Virus record (IMG/VR): IMGVR_UViG_2529292726_000021
Strand: one strand, 5' to 3'
DNA from: a virus
Taxonomy: Duplodnaviria; Heunggongvirae; Uroviricota; Caudoviricetes
DNA: 42,272 nt
Position 1 is the first letter of the stretch. The number at the start of each line of letters is the position of its first letter. The position numbers and the translations under genes were made by a program. The notes below the pieces were generated by a model. It saw nothing but the letters and a program-made list of their open reading frames with translations, was not told the origin of the DNA and made no database searches. Positions 15,858 through 25,711 of this stretch are shown in pieces.

Positions 15858-16744
15858 CGGACATCATCATTAAACGCTACCGCCCTGAAGAGTTTCCGCG
15901 TCATCTGGACTTTCTGGAGCGAATGACTGTTACAAAGGGAACTGTAGAGGACTGGCACGCTCTTAAGTCGCTTCACTACAAAACAGACGGCAAACCTTTC
16001 GCGCCAACTTACTATCGCTGCGAACTTGATGACCGTCTGGTGGGCGTCGTGGTTATGGCTTACCCGAAACTACTGCTGGCACCTCGCCACCGCATGTTTC
16101 CTAAGTTGAAACCAACCACTAATACCACCGTGGCTAACCAGTACTGGGGTCGGTACGTGAATAACAACTTTGCGGTGATCAGTCGCTCAGTTGTGGATAC
16201 TCAGTATCGTGGCGTAGGCGTCTCTTATCGAATGATTAACCTGGTTAGCAGGATGCATGACCGGCCAATCATTGAGATCCAGTCCTCGATGAGCAAATAC
16301 AATCCCTTCGCCATGAAAGCAGGGTTTAAGTTCATCCGCCCTGAGCGACCGAAGAGCTATGAAAGTGCACTGCGTGTATTCCAGCGCCATTTTCGTTCCG
16401 ACCCGGGTGATAACGAGGCGATCGTCAAAGAGTTGTTCGCAATGAGCGAGTCTCGTCGTCGCCGTGCACTGCGTGATCTGGTGGCGGACTACCATAAGAA
16501 CAGTTCCCTGGCAAAAGCTGGGCGGAATCGTGGCACGACGATTCAGGACATTGCCGACAGTCTGGTGGACGAGGCCAGCATTGTGAAGTTGCTCAAGGAC
16601 ATTCACAACCTGAGCTTTACGTCTCCGTTGTATGGGGTGTATCGAAACCCTGACTTTGGTCGTCGACTGCCTGACACGCTGCCACTGCTGGCATTCGACA
16701 AACAACCTTTGGATAAACCGTTAGAAATTGCTTTACCGGCATAA
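15854..16744 (+). CDS. GNAT-like acetyltransferase-fold protein with C-terminal extension (296 aa)
   Basis: VVDTQYRGVGVSYRMINLV fits GNAT motif A (Q/R-x-x-G-x-G/A); ATGA overlap with the ATPase gene. Confidence 0.45.
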   Translation: MTDIIIKRYRPEEFPRHLDFLERMTVTKGTVEDWHALKSLHYKTDGKPFAPTYYRCELDDRLVGVVVMAYPKLLLAPRHRMFPKLKPTTNTTVANQYWGRYVNNNFAVISRSVVDTQYRGVGVSYRMINLVSRMHDRPIIEIQSSMSKYNPFAMKAGFKFIRPERPKSYESALRVFQRHFRSDPGDNEAIVKELFAMSESRRRRALRDLVADYHKNSSLAKAGRNRGTTIQDIADSLVDEASIVKLLKDIHNLSFTSPLYGVYRNPDFGRRLPDTLPLLAFDKQPLDKPLEIALPA

Positions 16745-16753
16745 GGATTTGCC

Positions 16754-17020
16754 ATGACGTTAACCGATAAACAAAAGGACATCATCAAAACGCTCAATCT
16801 CGGTTATGAGCGAGGTCATCTACTTGATCTGGACGAATTGCTTGAAGTTTTGCCGTACAAGACAACCAAGCAAAGTATCCAGTTCTCAATTCGCGCTCTG
16901 ATAAAAAAGGGGCTTGTGGAGAAAGGGCATACGCGCCAACGCAGTGACAATCGCTATCACCGCCGAACTCTTGGGTTAACCACTTTAGGTCGAGCCAAAG
17001 CGAAGTTACTGGTGATGTAA
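16754..17020 (+). CDS. small basic protein, possible winged-helix DNA-binding protein (88 aa)
   Basis: ATG with AAGGA upstream; basic C-terminus; fold assignment is a guess. Confidence 0.45.
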   Translation: MTLTDKQKDIIKTLNLGYERGHLLDLDELLEVLPYKTTKQSIQFSIRALIKKGLVEKGHTRQRSDNRYHRRTLGLTTLGRAKAKLLVM

Positions 17021-17022
17021 TC

Positions 17023-17121
17023 GGTCTGGGAGCTTATTTAAAGACCTGCTTCTGTATATATAAATAATAAGTAACTTATTAAATATATACGGAAGCAGGC
17101 TTAATAAGACATGCCCAGACC
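17023..17121. repeat. ~100-bp imperfect inverted repeat
   Basis: Outer arms GGTCTGGG / CCCAGACC; inner arms CCTGCTTCtGTATATAT / ATATACgGAAGCAGG around central AATAAGTAACTTATT. Confidence 0.6.
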
Positions 17122-17134
17122 TAATTAAACACCC

Positions 17135-17196
17135 CAGAAAACAAGTTGGTTAGCATACGCAGTAAACAAGTTGTTTTAGAGCGCATGGACGCGCTC
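17135..17196 (+). promoter_or_regulatory. tandem early-type motifs plus hairpin upstream of terminase genes
   Basis: CAGAAAACAAGTTGGTTAG (17135-17153), GTAAACAAGTTGTTTTAGAG (17162-17181), then GAGCGC-atggac-GCGCTC hairpin. Confidence 0.5.
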
Positions 17197-17216
17197 TGTG
17201 TGTTTTAGAGGGATCT

Positions 17217-17849
17217 ATGACGGTCGAAAAAGACGAGGTAAAAACTCGCCTGACACCAGCGGAGTGGGCCGAAGCTGAAGCCAAATGGACGTCAGGCGAA
17301 TATACACTCTCAAAGCTGGAGGAAGAGTACGGCATTCGTCGTGAAACACTCTCCAGACATTTCAAAAAGCGAGGATTAGAGAAAGGCGCGGACTCTGTTG
17401 GGAAGATGGTTCGTGAGTCTCTTAAATCTGACGCAGAGCTTCGCGCTAAAGCCCGTGCGGAAAAGATAGAAGAACGTCGTACACGTTATGACGGCTGGGC
17501 GTATGCGTTGGGGCAGATGGTGATGGTCGAAGTCACTACGGCCAAACGTGAGGGTAAGTCTTTAGGGGCGATTGAGGATTCTCTCAAGAGCTTACAGAGA
17601 GCCAGTAATACCCTTGCAAAATGCTTTGAAGTTTCGTCCAAAGCATTGGGCATGGATCATGCGGAAAATGACGAGGAAGAAATTCCGAACCTGGTATTTG
17701 GTGAGCTTACGCCTTCCCAGGTGGCGAAATTACGTCAGGAAGACGACGAGCCTGAAATCATCGATGACGAATTGCTTGAGACGTTGGAAGAAGAAGCTCT
17801 AAGCGAATTTGATGCGACAGATGATGGAAGTGAAGGGGAGGACGAATAA
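17217..17849 (+). CDS. terminase small subunit (putative)
   Basis: N-terminal HTH-like segment (TLSKLEEEYGIRRETLSRHFKKRG), acidic C-terminal tail, stop overlaps start of the large subunit. Confidence 0.6.
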   Translation: MTVEKDEVKTRLTPAEWAEAEAKWTSGEYTLSKLEEEYGIRRETLSRHFKKRGLEKGADSVGKMVRESLKSDAELRAKARAEKIEERRTRYDGWAYALGQMVMVEVTTAKREGKSLGAIEDSLKSLQRASNTLAKCFEVSSKALGMDHAENDEEEIPNLVFGELTPSQVAKLRQEDDEPEIIDDELLETLEEEALSEFDATDDGSEGEDE

Positions 17850-19105
17850 TGGCAATCCCGTCCTCGCTCAGTCTTGTGCAACTGCATTCTGGACAGATGA
17901 AAGTCTTCCAGTCTCCGCATCGATTTAAAGTTGTTTGTGCTGGTCGACGCTGGGGAAAATCCCGGTTGTCGATCTCCACTATTATTCGTGCGGCGGCAAA
18001 GGAAAAAAAGCAAAGGGTCTGGTATGTCGCTCCTACTTACCAGATGGCTCGCCAGATTTTGTGGGACGATCTACAGGAAGTTCTGCCTCGTAAGTGGGTT
18101 AGGAAAAAGAACGACACCACGATGACAATCGTGTTGAAGAACGGTTCGGAGATCGCCCTCAAAGGTGCTGATAAGCCTGACACTCTGCGCGGCGTAGCGT
18201 TGCATTTTGTAGTGCTTGATGAATTTCAGGATATGAAGGCTGACACCTGGTACAAGGTGTTACGACCTACTCTTTCATCGACACGCGGCGGTGCACTGAT
18301 CATTGGTACGCCAAAAGGCTTCTCGGAATTTCACAAACTGTGGACTATAGGCCAGAACGTAGAGCTGCAAAGAAAGGGACAGTGGAAGAGCTGGCAGTTT
18401 GTAACTGCCGATTCTCCGTTTGTGCCTACGGCGGAAATTGAAGCTGCTAAGAACGATATGGACCCGAAATCGTTCGCTCAGGAGTACCTGGCGAGCTTTG
18501 AGAACATGTCCGGGCGCGTTTACTACCCGTTCGATCGTAACGTGCATGTAAAACCGCTTCAGTTCAACCCTCGGTTGCCTATATGGGTAGGGCAGGACTT
18601 CAACATTGACCCGATGTCTTCAGTAATTTTGCAACCTCAGCCAAATGGTGAGCTATGGGCAATTGATGAATTGGTGCTCTTTTCCTCTAACACGGCAGAA
18701 GTTTGTGATGAGCTTGAGAGACGCTTCTGGCGCTGGAAATCACAGATAACGGTATTTCCAGATCCGGCAGGTGCTTATCGCCAACATGCTCGCGGGGAGT
18801 CTGACGTCGACATATTCAAAGAGAAGGGATTCTTACGTGTCGATTATTCGAAAAAGCCCCCGCCAATTGCGGATCGTGTTAATGCTGTTAACCGAATGCT
18901 GATGACCGCATCTGGAGATATCCGGCTGTATATCGATCCGAAGTGCAAGCATTTGATTGATTCACTGGAAAAAGTCATCTACAAGCCTGGAACACGAGAT
19001 ATGGATAAGACAGGTGGCATTGAGCATAGTGCAGACGCATTGGGCTATCCAGTACATCGTAGGTATCCAGTCAAAAACCGTGTTATTCTTGGTGGCTCTC
19101 GATAG
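17849..19105 (+). CDS. terminase large subunit
   Basis: Walker A-like GRRWGKS, Walker B VVLDEF, size 418 aa, position before portal. Confidence 0.85.
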   Translation: MAIPSSLSLVQLHSGQMKVFQSPHRFKVVCAGRRWGKSRLSISTIIRAAAKEKKQRVWYVAPTYQMARQILWDDLQEVLPRKWVRKKNDTTMTIVLKNGSEIALKGADKPDTLRGVALHFVVLDEFQDMKADTWYKVLRPTLSSTRGGALIIGTPKGFSEFHKLWTIGQNVELQRKGQWKSWQFVTADSPFVPTAEIEAAKNDMDPKSFAQEYLASFENMSGRVYYPFDRNVHVKPLQFNPRLPIWVGQDFNIDPMSSVILQPQPNGELWAIDELVLFSSNTAEVCDELERRFWRWKSQITVFPDPAGAYRQHARGESDVDIFKEKGFLRVDYSKKPPPIADRVNAVNRMLMTASGDIRLYIDPKCKHLIDSLEKVIYKPGTRDMDKTGGIEHSADALGYPVHRRYPVKNRVILGGSR

Positions 19106-19131
19106 GTAAGTGATTATCTAAGGTTATTCAA

Positions 19132-20706
19132 ATGGAATTGAACGACAAACAAATTAAGGATCTGGTGGCGCGACGCCACCCGGAATACGAAAAGAAAAAA
19201 GAACATTGGGACTTCCTCGCCAGCACTTACGCTGGCGGGCGTGGTTGGTTTACAGACAATATCTTTCGTTACTTTAAAGAGGGAGATCAGGAGTTTAAGG
19301 AGCGAGTTGAACGTGCTTATCGCTTCAACCACACTCGTGAGGTGGTAAACCTCATCAACAAATATCTCTTTAAAGAAGACATTCATAGAAATATCGAAGA
19401 GGCACCAGAGCAGATCCGCAATTTCTGGAAACGTGCGACTCGCCAGAATGCCTCTATTGACTCATTTATGGCCGCTATTGATTTGCAGTCGTCTATTTAC
19501 GGTCGCATATGGGTTGTTGTCGATAGCACGATGAGTGGTGATGTTGAGTCAGTAGCTGACGAGAAAAAGAAAGATGCTCGCGCCTACGCCTACTGGATTT
19601 CACCTCAGCAAATGCTGGATGTGGCATGGGACGACGACGGGAATATGTTGTGGGCGTTAATTGTGGAAGTCGCTCGTGATGACGCAGATCCTTTTACTTC
19701 TACAGGTCAGGAATCCCAACGTTATCGTCTGTGGACACAAAACGAGTGGTATCTGTTCCGTGAGGAAGTGAAGAAGGGCGCTGGTGGAGCAGGTCGCCGT
19801 CAGGCAAAAGTTATTTTAGAGGATAGCGGTGAGCATAATCTCGGCGTAGTTCCTGTGTTTCCTGTTGATTGTATTGGAGAAAGTGAATCACCGTATTTCA
19901 GCCCATCGTTGATCGATGATATCGCTTATCTTGATCGTGCGGTTGCAAACTATCTGTCAAACCTTGATGCCATTATTCAGGATCAGACATTTAGCCAGTT
20001 GGCTATACCAGTACAGTCGCTTTTACCTGGTGATGAAAACCACACTAAAGTGCTTGAAATGGGCACAAAGCGAGTCTTCACCTACGATTCTGAAGGTGGA
20101 AACCAGCCGTTTTATCTGTCACCAGACCCGAAACAAGCTCAGATGATCATCACTACGATTAAGACGGTGATTAACGAAATCTACCATTCAGTTGGTGTAG
20201 CTGGTGAGCGAACGAAGCAGGACAACGCACAGGGAATCGATAATTCATCTGGTGCCGCAAAAATGTATGACTTCCAGCGTGTAAATAGCTTGCTTGTCAC
20301 AAAAGCAGAGCGTCTGGAAAGGGCTGAACGCCAAATCATGCTACTGGTTGCGAAATGGATGGGGGTAGATCTGGACGAAGACCACTCTTTAATTGCGTAT
20401 CCAGAAAGTTTCGATATTCGTGGCCTCACAGATGAATTTTCTGTTGCCGAGAAACTATCATTACTTCAGGCACCGGACTCTGTACGTCGTCACCAGATGG
20501 AAATGCTTATTGAGAAGATTTTCCCGAACATTACTGAGGCGATGAAAAAGGAATTTGATAAAGATCTCTTGAATTTTCCGCCAAAAAATGATCTAAATAC
20601 CCTTGAAAATAAGTCAGTACTTACCTATGATCGTGGTGTGGCCCAAGAAAGCGGGCAAGATCAACCCCGAGGGAATGGGGACTCATCTACTCAAGAGAAC
20701 GAGTGA
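19132..20706 (+). CDS. portal protein (putative)
   Basis: 524 aa, directly downstream of the terminase large subunit and upstream of scaffold and capsid. Confidence 0.65.
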   Translation: MELNDKQIKDLVARRHPEYEKKKEHWDFLASTYAGGRGWFTDNIFRYFKEGDQEFKERVERAYRFNHTREVVNLINKYLFKEDIHRNIEEAPEQIRNFWKRATRQNASIDSFMAAIDLQSSIYGRIWVVVDSTMSGDVESVADEKKKDARAYAYWISPQQMLDVAWDDDGNMLWALIVEVARDDADPFTSTGQESQRYRLWTQNEWYLFREEVKKGAGGAGRRQAKVILEDSGEHNLGVVPVFPVDCIGESESPYFSPSLIDDIAYLDRAVANYLSNLDAIIQDQTFSQLAIPVQSLLPGDENHTKVLEMGTKRVFTYDSEGGNQPFYLSPDPKQAQMIITTIKTVINEIYHSVGVAGERTKQDNAQGIDNSSGAAKMYDFQRVNSLLVTKAERLERAERQIMLLVAKWMGVDLDEDHSLIAYPESFDIRGLTDEFSVAEKLSLLQAPDSVRRHQMEMLIEKIFPNITEAMKKEFDKDLLNFPPKNDLNTLENKSVLTYDRGVAQESGQDQPRGNGDSSTQENE

Positions 20707-20727
20707 TAAGTAACAAAGGGAATTTTT

Positions 20728-21615
20728 ATGAAACTGTGGCAAATGCTTTTGGCCCGTCGTGGTCTGATGGATGTTGCTGAAGCGCATGAGCGTGGGGGCG
20801 CTGGCGGTGTAGCTGCTGATAATGAGCAGAGTACACAAGATCCTGACAAACAGGGTGAACAAAAAGAGCAGCCGAAGGGCGATGACGAATACGCTGGCAT
20901 GACTCAGGAAGAGTTACTGGCCGAACTTCGTAAAACCAAGAAAGCTGGTGCTGAACTGCTGAAGGAGAACATGAAGCGCAAAGAGAAAGAGCGCACATTG
21001 GCCGATCAGCTTGCTCAGTACGGTGATATCGACCCGGCGCGTGCTCGCCAGCTTTTAGAAGCTGAACAGGCCGCAGAAAACGCACGTCGTGAGGCGGAGC
21101 AAGCTGAACTGGAGCGTCGTGGTGAGTTCGATGCTGTTAAAAAACAGATGATCGAAGCACACCAGGCAGAGCTGGCACAGCGTGACGAACGTTATGCAGC
21201 ACTGGAAAGTGAAAACGCATCACTGAAATCTCAATTAGTCGAGATGACCGTGGGCGCTTCCTTCAGTAACTCTCTCTTCCTACGTGACAAAGTTCTGATG
21301 ACTCCGGCAAAAGCCCGCGTGATCTACGGTTCTCATTTTGAAGTGGGTGAAGACGGTAGCGTAGTGGGTTATGACAAACCGGCAGGTCATAAAGAACGAG
21401 CTGTTCTGGTTGACGGTGAAGGTAAGCCGTTGCCGTTTGAATCCGCGATTGAACGCATTGTGCGGGCAGATCCGGAAGCTGACGCATTGATGCGTAGCGA
21501 AGCCAAGCATGGTGTAGGCTCACATTCCAAATCGACCTACACAATATCCCAACCGAAGAACAAGTCGACTATGGATAAGTTGGCCTCCGGTCTGGGGAAA
21601 ATTGGACTTAAGTAA
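20728..21615 (+). CDS. scaffolding protein (putative)
   Basis: Charged, coiled-coil-prone central region (AELLKENMKRKEKERTLADQLAQ ...); position between portal and capsid. Confidence 0.5.
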   Translation: MKLWQMLLARRGLMDVAEAHERGGAGGVAADNEQSTQDPDKQGEQKEQPKGDDEYAGMTQEELLAELRKTKKAGAELLKENMKRKEKERTLADQLAQYGDIDPARARQLLEAEQAAENARREAEQAELERRGEFDAVKKQMIEAHQAELAQRDERYAALESENASLKSQLVEMTVGASFSNSLFLRDKVLMTPAKARVIYGSHFEVGEDGSVVGYDKPAGHKERAVLVDGEGKPLPFESAIERIVRADPEADALMRSEAKHGVGSHSKSTYTISQPKNKSTMDKLASGLGKIGLK

Positions 21616-21640
21616 CATCTAAATCAAAGGGAATTGATAG

Positions 21641-22516
21641 ATGCCATTACTGCGTGAAGAAGCTGAAAAGCTGTCTAACAACGAACTTGAACAGGGCGTG
21701 ATTGAAACCATCATCGATCGCGATGACCTGTTTGCCATCCTGCCTTTTATGAAAATTACTTCAAAGGCATATCTGTACAACCGTGAAAAAACGCTGAGTG
21801 AAGCTACCTTCATCGACGTTAACGACACCATCCCGGAAGGTGCAGCAACCTTCGAAGAATGCGTTGCGAAACTGCGTATTCTGGCTGGTGACGTAGACGT
21901 TGATAAATTCCTGGCAACCACTATGGCCGACACCAATAACCAGTTGGCTATTCAGGTTCGTCAGAAAGTTAAAGGTCTGGCTCGTGCGTTCCGTCGCAAT
22001 CTGATTTTGGGTGACTCCAGCACCAACAACAAAGCGTTTGACGGCATTCCACGCCTGATGCACGCAGATCAGAAGATCGATATCGCCGGTGCATCTATGA
22101 CTTTCTCCATGTTCGACGAACTGGTCGATGCGGTGAAAGATCTTGGTGCTGACTGCATCATGATGCGTTCAGAGCACCTGCGTGCTTACCGTGCGCTGCT
22201 GCGTACAGTAAACGTAGGTCCGTCTGAAATCATGATGGAGAACTTCGGTCGTCCGATGCTGTGCCATAACGGCGTTCCGTTTATCGTAAACGACTTCATT
22301 CCGACCGATGCTGGCAAAGCAAGCATCTACTGCCTGCATCTGTCAGAAGAGAACGGCGTTACTGGTCTGTATGGCGGCGACAACGCAGGTATCGTTGTTG
22401 AAAACATTGGTACTGTACAGAACAAAGACGCAGTACGTACCCGTGTGAAGTGGTACTGCTCTCTGGCGAATAAGCACGATAAGGCTATCGCTGCACTGAC
22501 CAATGTAAAAATTTAA
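21641..22516 (+). CDS. major capsid protein (putative)
   Basis: 291 aa, followed by a strong terminator; position in head module. Confidence 0.6.
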   Translation: MPLLREEAEKLSNNELEQGVIETIIDRDDLFAILPFMKITSKAYLYNREKTLSEATFIDVNDTIPEGAATFEECVAKLRILAGDVDVDKFLATTMADTNNQLAIQVRQKVKGLARAFRRNLILGDSSTNNKAFDGIPRLMHADQKIDIAGASMTFSMFDELVDAVKDLGADCIMMRSEHLRAYRALLRTVNVGPSEIMMENFGRPMLCHNGVPFIVNDFIPTDAGKASIYCLHLSEENGVTGLYGGDNAGIVVENIGTVQNKDAVRTRVKWYCSLANKHDKAIAALTNVKI

Positions 22517-22548
22517 TCAGTGTTGTAGATAAGTAATTATCTATGTTT

Positions 22549-22577
22549 AAGGGTGGGCTATACGCCCACCCTTTTTG
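22549..22577 (+). terminator. rho-independent terminator after capsid gene
   Basis: GGGTGGGC-tatac-GCCCACCC followed by TTTTT. Confidence 0.8.
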
Positions 22578-22589
22578 TAGGAGCAAGAA

Positions 22590-23510
22590 ATGCCAGAACA
22601 AAAGATGAAGATTACGGAAGAGGCATTTTCGGATTTTACGGGGCATATGTGCCGCGCCGGATTTACCAATTCTATCTCCGATGAACCTTTAACCGAGCGG
22701 CAACAAAGTCAGCTATCTGCTTGTTTGCAGGCGGTTCCCTTCTCCCAATCCGTAAACATAACTCCGGCTTCACCATCAGTTTTGGTTGGGAAAACTGTTC
22801 AACTTAGTGCAGGTATTAGTATGGGTAAGAGTGCCAGTTCATTTACCTGGAAGTCAGCCAATGATCAAATTGCAACCGTTAACGGCACTGGATTAGTAAC
22901 TGGCGTAGCCCCAGGCAAAGTGAAAATTACCGCAACTGATCAGGAAACCCAGCTTTCCGCGTCAGTGGAAGTCACCGTAAATCCGGTAGCCGTTAAATCC
23001 GTAACGGTAACGCCAGACTCAACCTCTGTTGAGAAAGGGAAATCAGTCAGTCTGAAAGCGAATGTTCAGCCGTCAAATGCGACGAATAAGGCAGTTACCT
23101 GGTCTTCCAAAAATGAAGACAAGGCAACGGTAGACCAGAGCGGGAACGTTACTGGTGTAGAAGTTGGCACTGCGACGATTGAGATCGTTTCCCAAGATGG
23201 CAGCAAAAAGGCAACTGCAACGGTGGAAGTAACTGCGCCTGTTGTGGCTGTTACCGGCGTCGAAATCGACCCAAATAGCACAACCGTTGAGGCAAACAAA
23301 ACTGTTCAGCTGACCGCAAATGTCGAGCCGGCAGGAGCCACAAATAAAACCGTTACTTGGGAATCCAAAAATACCGAGTTTGCAACGGTGGACAGCGAAA
23401 CCGGTGTTGTAACTGGTGTTGCGGCTGGTACTGCCACAATCGAGGTTACTACCCAAGATGGTAGCCACAAAGCGACAGCGACCGTAGAGGTCACTGCCGC
23501 ACAGGAATAA
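22590..23510 (+). CDS. Ig-like (Big_2-type) repeat protein, possible head decoration
   Basis: Three tandem ~80-aa repeats of the form VTVTP...V..G....L.A.V.P.NATNK.VTW.S.N...ATVD..G.VTGV..G.ATI. Confidence 0.6.
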   Translation: MPEQKMKITEEAFSDFTGHMCRAGFTNSISDEPLTERQQSQLSACLQAVPFSQSVNITPASPSVLVGKTVQLSAGISMGKSASSFTWKSANDQIATVNGTGLVTGVAPGKVKITATDQETQLSASVEVTVNPVAVKSVTVTPDSTSVEKGKSVSLKANVQPSNATNKAVTWSSKNEDKATVDQSGNVTGVEVGTATIEIVSQDGSKKATATVEVTAPVVAVTGVEIDPNSTTVEANKTVQLTANVEPAGATNKTVTWESKNTEFATVDSETGVVTGVAAGTATIEVTTQDGSHKATATVEVTAAQE

Positions 23511-23554
23511 CCGATATTGGGCGGCGAAAGCCGCCCAAGAGGAGAGAAAGCGTT

Positions 23555-23989
23555 ATGAAACCAGCAAAAATTGTTTTATTAGAACCGCAATTTTCCGGTT
23601 ATTCGGGAATGCTGTGTGGCGTTCAGTTCGAGAACGGGGTATCCGTAGCGGAGTTGCCTTTTATCGATCAGCAAAGGATTTGTGCCTCAATGCGAGCATC
23701 AACAGTCGAGGGCAAAAATGTTTCTCCGTCTGCCGCATACAGTGATCGTGGCGAGTTGACCGCAGACCTGATTACCGAGCCAGCAGCACCTGGCATTGTG
23801 CCAATGAAACGTGGGACACCAGATGAACCGGCCAAACAGATCCAGACTTTCACACGAGAAGAGTTGGAGTCAATTGCAGACAATGAAGGCATTGCCGGTC
23901 TACGTGTGATTGGTAATCAGGTTGGTGTCAAAGCGAAAGGAATTGTCGAGATGATTGAAGGCATCCTGAAAGCACAAGGCGGTGAGTAA
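23555..23989 (+). CDS. hypothetical head/neck protein (144 aa)
   Basis: ATG with GAGGAGAG upstream; position only. Confidence 0.45.
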   Translation: MKPAKIVLLEPQFSGYSGMLCGVQFENGVSVAELPFIDQQRICASMRASTVEGKNVSPSAAYSDRGELTADLITEPAAPGIVPMKRGTPDEPAKQIQTFTREELESIADNEGIAGLRVIGNQVGVKAKGIVEMIEGILKAQGGE

Positions 23990-24822
23990 TGGCGCAGATC
24001 GACTCGTATCGTAGCGGTGAAGCTGTTTCCCTTTCATTTGCCTTCAACGTGCTGGATATCGAATCTGCTACCTACACAGTAAAGGACAGCACCGGGGCTA
24101 TTCTCGTTGATGGCGAGCCGCTAGAAATTACCAGCGGTCAAATGTCGATTCCGGTTGTCGTGTCGGCTGAATATAACCAGCTCTCTGAGAAAGAGCGAGA
24201 TCTGCGGTACGTCATTGTGAAGGCTGTTGCATCGGGTCTGACGCATGAAGAGCGGCAAATGTATGTTCTGCTGAATAGTTTTGAACTGTCGATACCAGAA
24301 CAGTCGTTTGCAACTGTCGCTGATGCTCAAATGCAGGCGATCGATATGCTGAATGGGGACACTTTGCTGTCGGATGGTGAAGGCTTAATGCGCAAGCGTC
24401 TCATTGAGGCTACCAGACGAATTAAAACTTTACCGTTCTCAATCCGCAAAATTCTACGTATCGACTTTGACCGATACGATCGCCCTCAAAATATGCTGAA
24501 TGTGTATGACATTCCGTGGGGAGCAGATGGAGCGTACCGGCATGATTTAGTCGATTGGGAAAAGATGACGCAGGAGAAGTTTGAAGAGTTCCCTGACTAC
24601 TTCAAAGAAGCGTTGATGCTTGCCGTTGTCAACGAAGCGTGTGAGATCGCAAATGGCAATGATGTAGCCGCAGCACGAGAGGATGGCATTTTGTCAGAGT
24701 CCATCGGTGAAACAACCAACATGTACCGTACCGGTAAAGCTGCAAACGTGCATGTGGCTCGTAGTACCTGGCGCTTGCTGGTCAGTTACATCAACAACCG
24801 TATGATTGTTCGCCGTGCGTAA
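23989..24822 (+). CDS. hypothetical head/neck protein (277 aa)
   Basis: TAATG overlap with upstream gene; position only. Confidence 0.45.
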   Translation: MAQIDSYRSGEAVSLSFAFNVLDIESATYTVKDSTGAILVDGEPLEITSGQMSIPVVVSAEYNQLSEKERDLRYVIVKAVASGLTHEERQMYVLLNSFELSIPEQSFATVADAQMQAIDMLNGDTLLSDGEGLMRKRLIEATRRIKTLPFSIRKILRIDFDRYDRPQNMLNVYDIPWGADGAYRHDLVDWEKMTQEKFEEFPDYFKEALMLAVVNEACEIANGNDVAAAREDGILSESIGETTNMYRTGKAANVHVARSTWRLLVSYINNRMIVRRA

Positions 24823-24901
24823 CGCCAGTCGCATTATTTACTTTTGGTCGAAAGGGTTTTTGGCCAGTAATGAGAGCGACCGACAACAACAGGGAGAGAG
24901 C

Positions 24902-25246
24902 ATGAATATTTCATGGCAAACAGAAATTGCGATCTACCGCTTTGGCGCAAAGAACGTTTACGGTGAGGCGCAATTACAATTCGTCAGGAAGACGAATGTC
25001 GGCGTGGTTAAGTTCGAACAGAGTAATGAGAAATCGTCAGTTCGTGCTGATAGCTCTGGTAGTCGTGGTAAGGCGAGTCTGGAGCTGTTTGATGCTGTGT
25101 TAGTAGTCCCTTTAGAAGCGGCTGTACAACTTGATGATGTACTGATCCTTGAAGGTCAAAAATTAAAGGTGTCCAGTGTTCATCGCCGCTGGGGGCTACG
25201 AGGAAGACCTGGGCATCTTGAAGTAGGGGCGAATATATGGGTCTGA
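24902..25246 (+). CDS. head-tail connector candidate (114 aa)
   Basis: Start moved to ATG 24902 with GGGAGAGAG upstream; position only. Confidence 0.45.
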   Translation: MNISWQTEIAIYRFGAKNVYGEAQLQFVRKTNVGVVKFEQSNEKSSVRADSSGSRGKASLELFDAVLVVPLEAAVQLDDVLILEGQKLKVSSVHRRWGLRGRPGHLEVGANIWV

Positions 25247-25710
25247 AATACGATGCGCATCAGTTCAAACGTGCGGGGAATAGACTCAACAACAGCCAGA
25301 AAGCATTTAAGCGATATCTTATTCGGGACATGGAAAAGCTGGCGCGTTTGGTTGAGCGCCTCAGCCGTGCAATGGCCCCGCTGGAAACCGGATCTCTGGA
25401 GACAGCCATCTTTGCCAGGGTGATTAAAGAAGGTTATTCAGGGCTGCGCATTGAGCTTTCTGTGTCTGGAGCAAAACCACGTCAGGGGCATCCGGGCGTA
25501 GAAGTCGGTGACTATGCTAAGTACATGGAGCTGGGTAAATACCGACTCGGTTATCTTTCTCGAATGAAGAACGTGACAAACCCACCAATTGCCGGTGTTA
25601 AACCCCGTGTTGGGCCACACTTTCTGGAAAGAGCGGTGGAAATTAGCGAGAAGCAGTTCTCAGAAGCGATTCTTGAGGCTGCCAGAAAAGCCGGATTTAC
25701 GAGAGGTTAA
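25237..25710 (+). CDS. head-tail connector candidate (157 aa)
   Basis: Overlaps the end of the upstream gene; position only. Confidence 0.45.
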   Translation: MGLKYDAHQFKRAGNRLNNSQKAFKRYLIRDMEKLARLVERLSRAMAPLETGSLETAIFARVIKEGYSGLRIELSVSGAKPRQGHPGVEVGDYAKYMELGKYRLGYLSRMKNVTNPPIAGVKPRVGPHFLERAVEISEKQFSEAILEAARKAGFTRG

Positions 25711-25711
25711 T

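Noticed and set aside
12216-17365. Embedded or antisense ORFs within the helicase, ParB-like, ATPase, GNAT-like and terminase-proximal genes (e.g. 12541-13008, 14823-15401, 16187-16705, 17150-17365)
   Set aside because: Overlap stronger calls on the other strand and lack start contexts.
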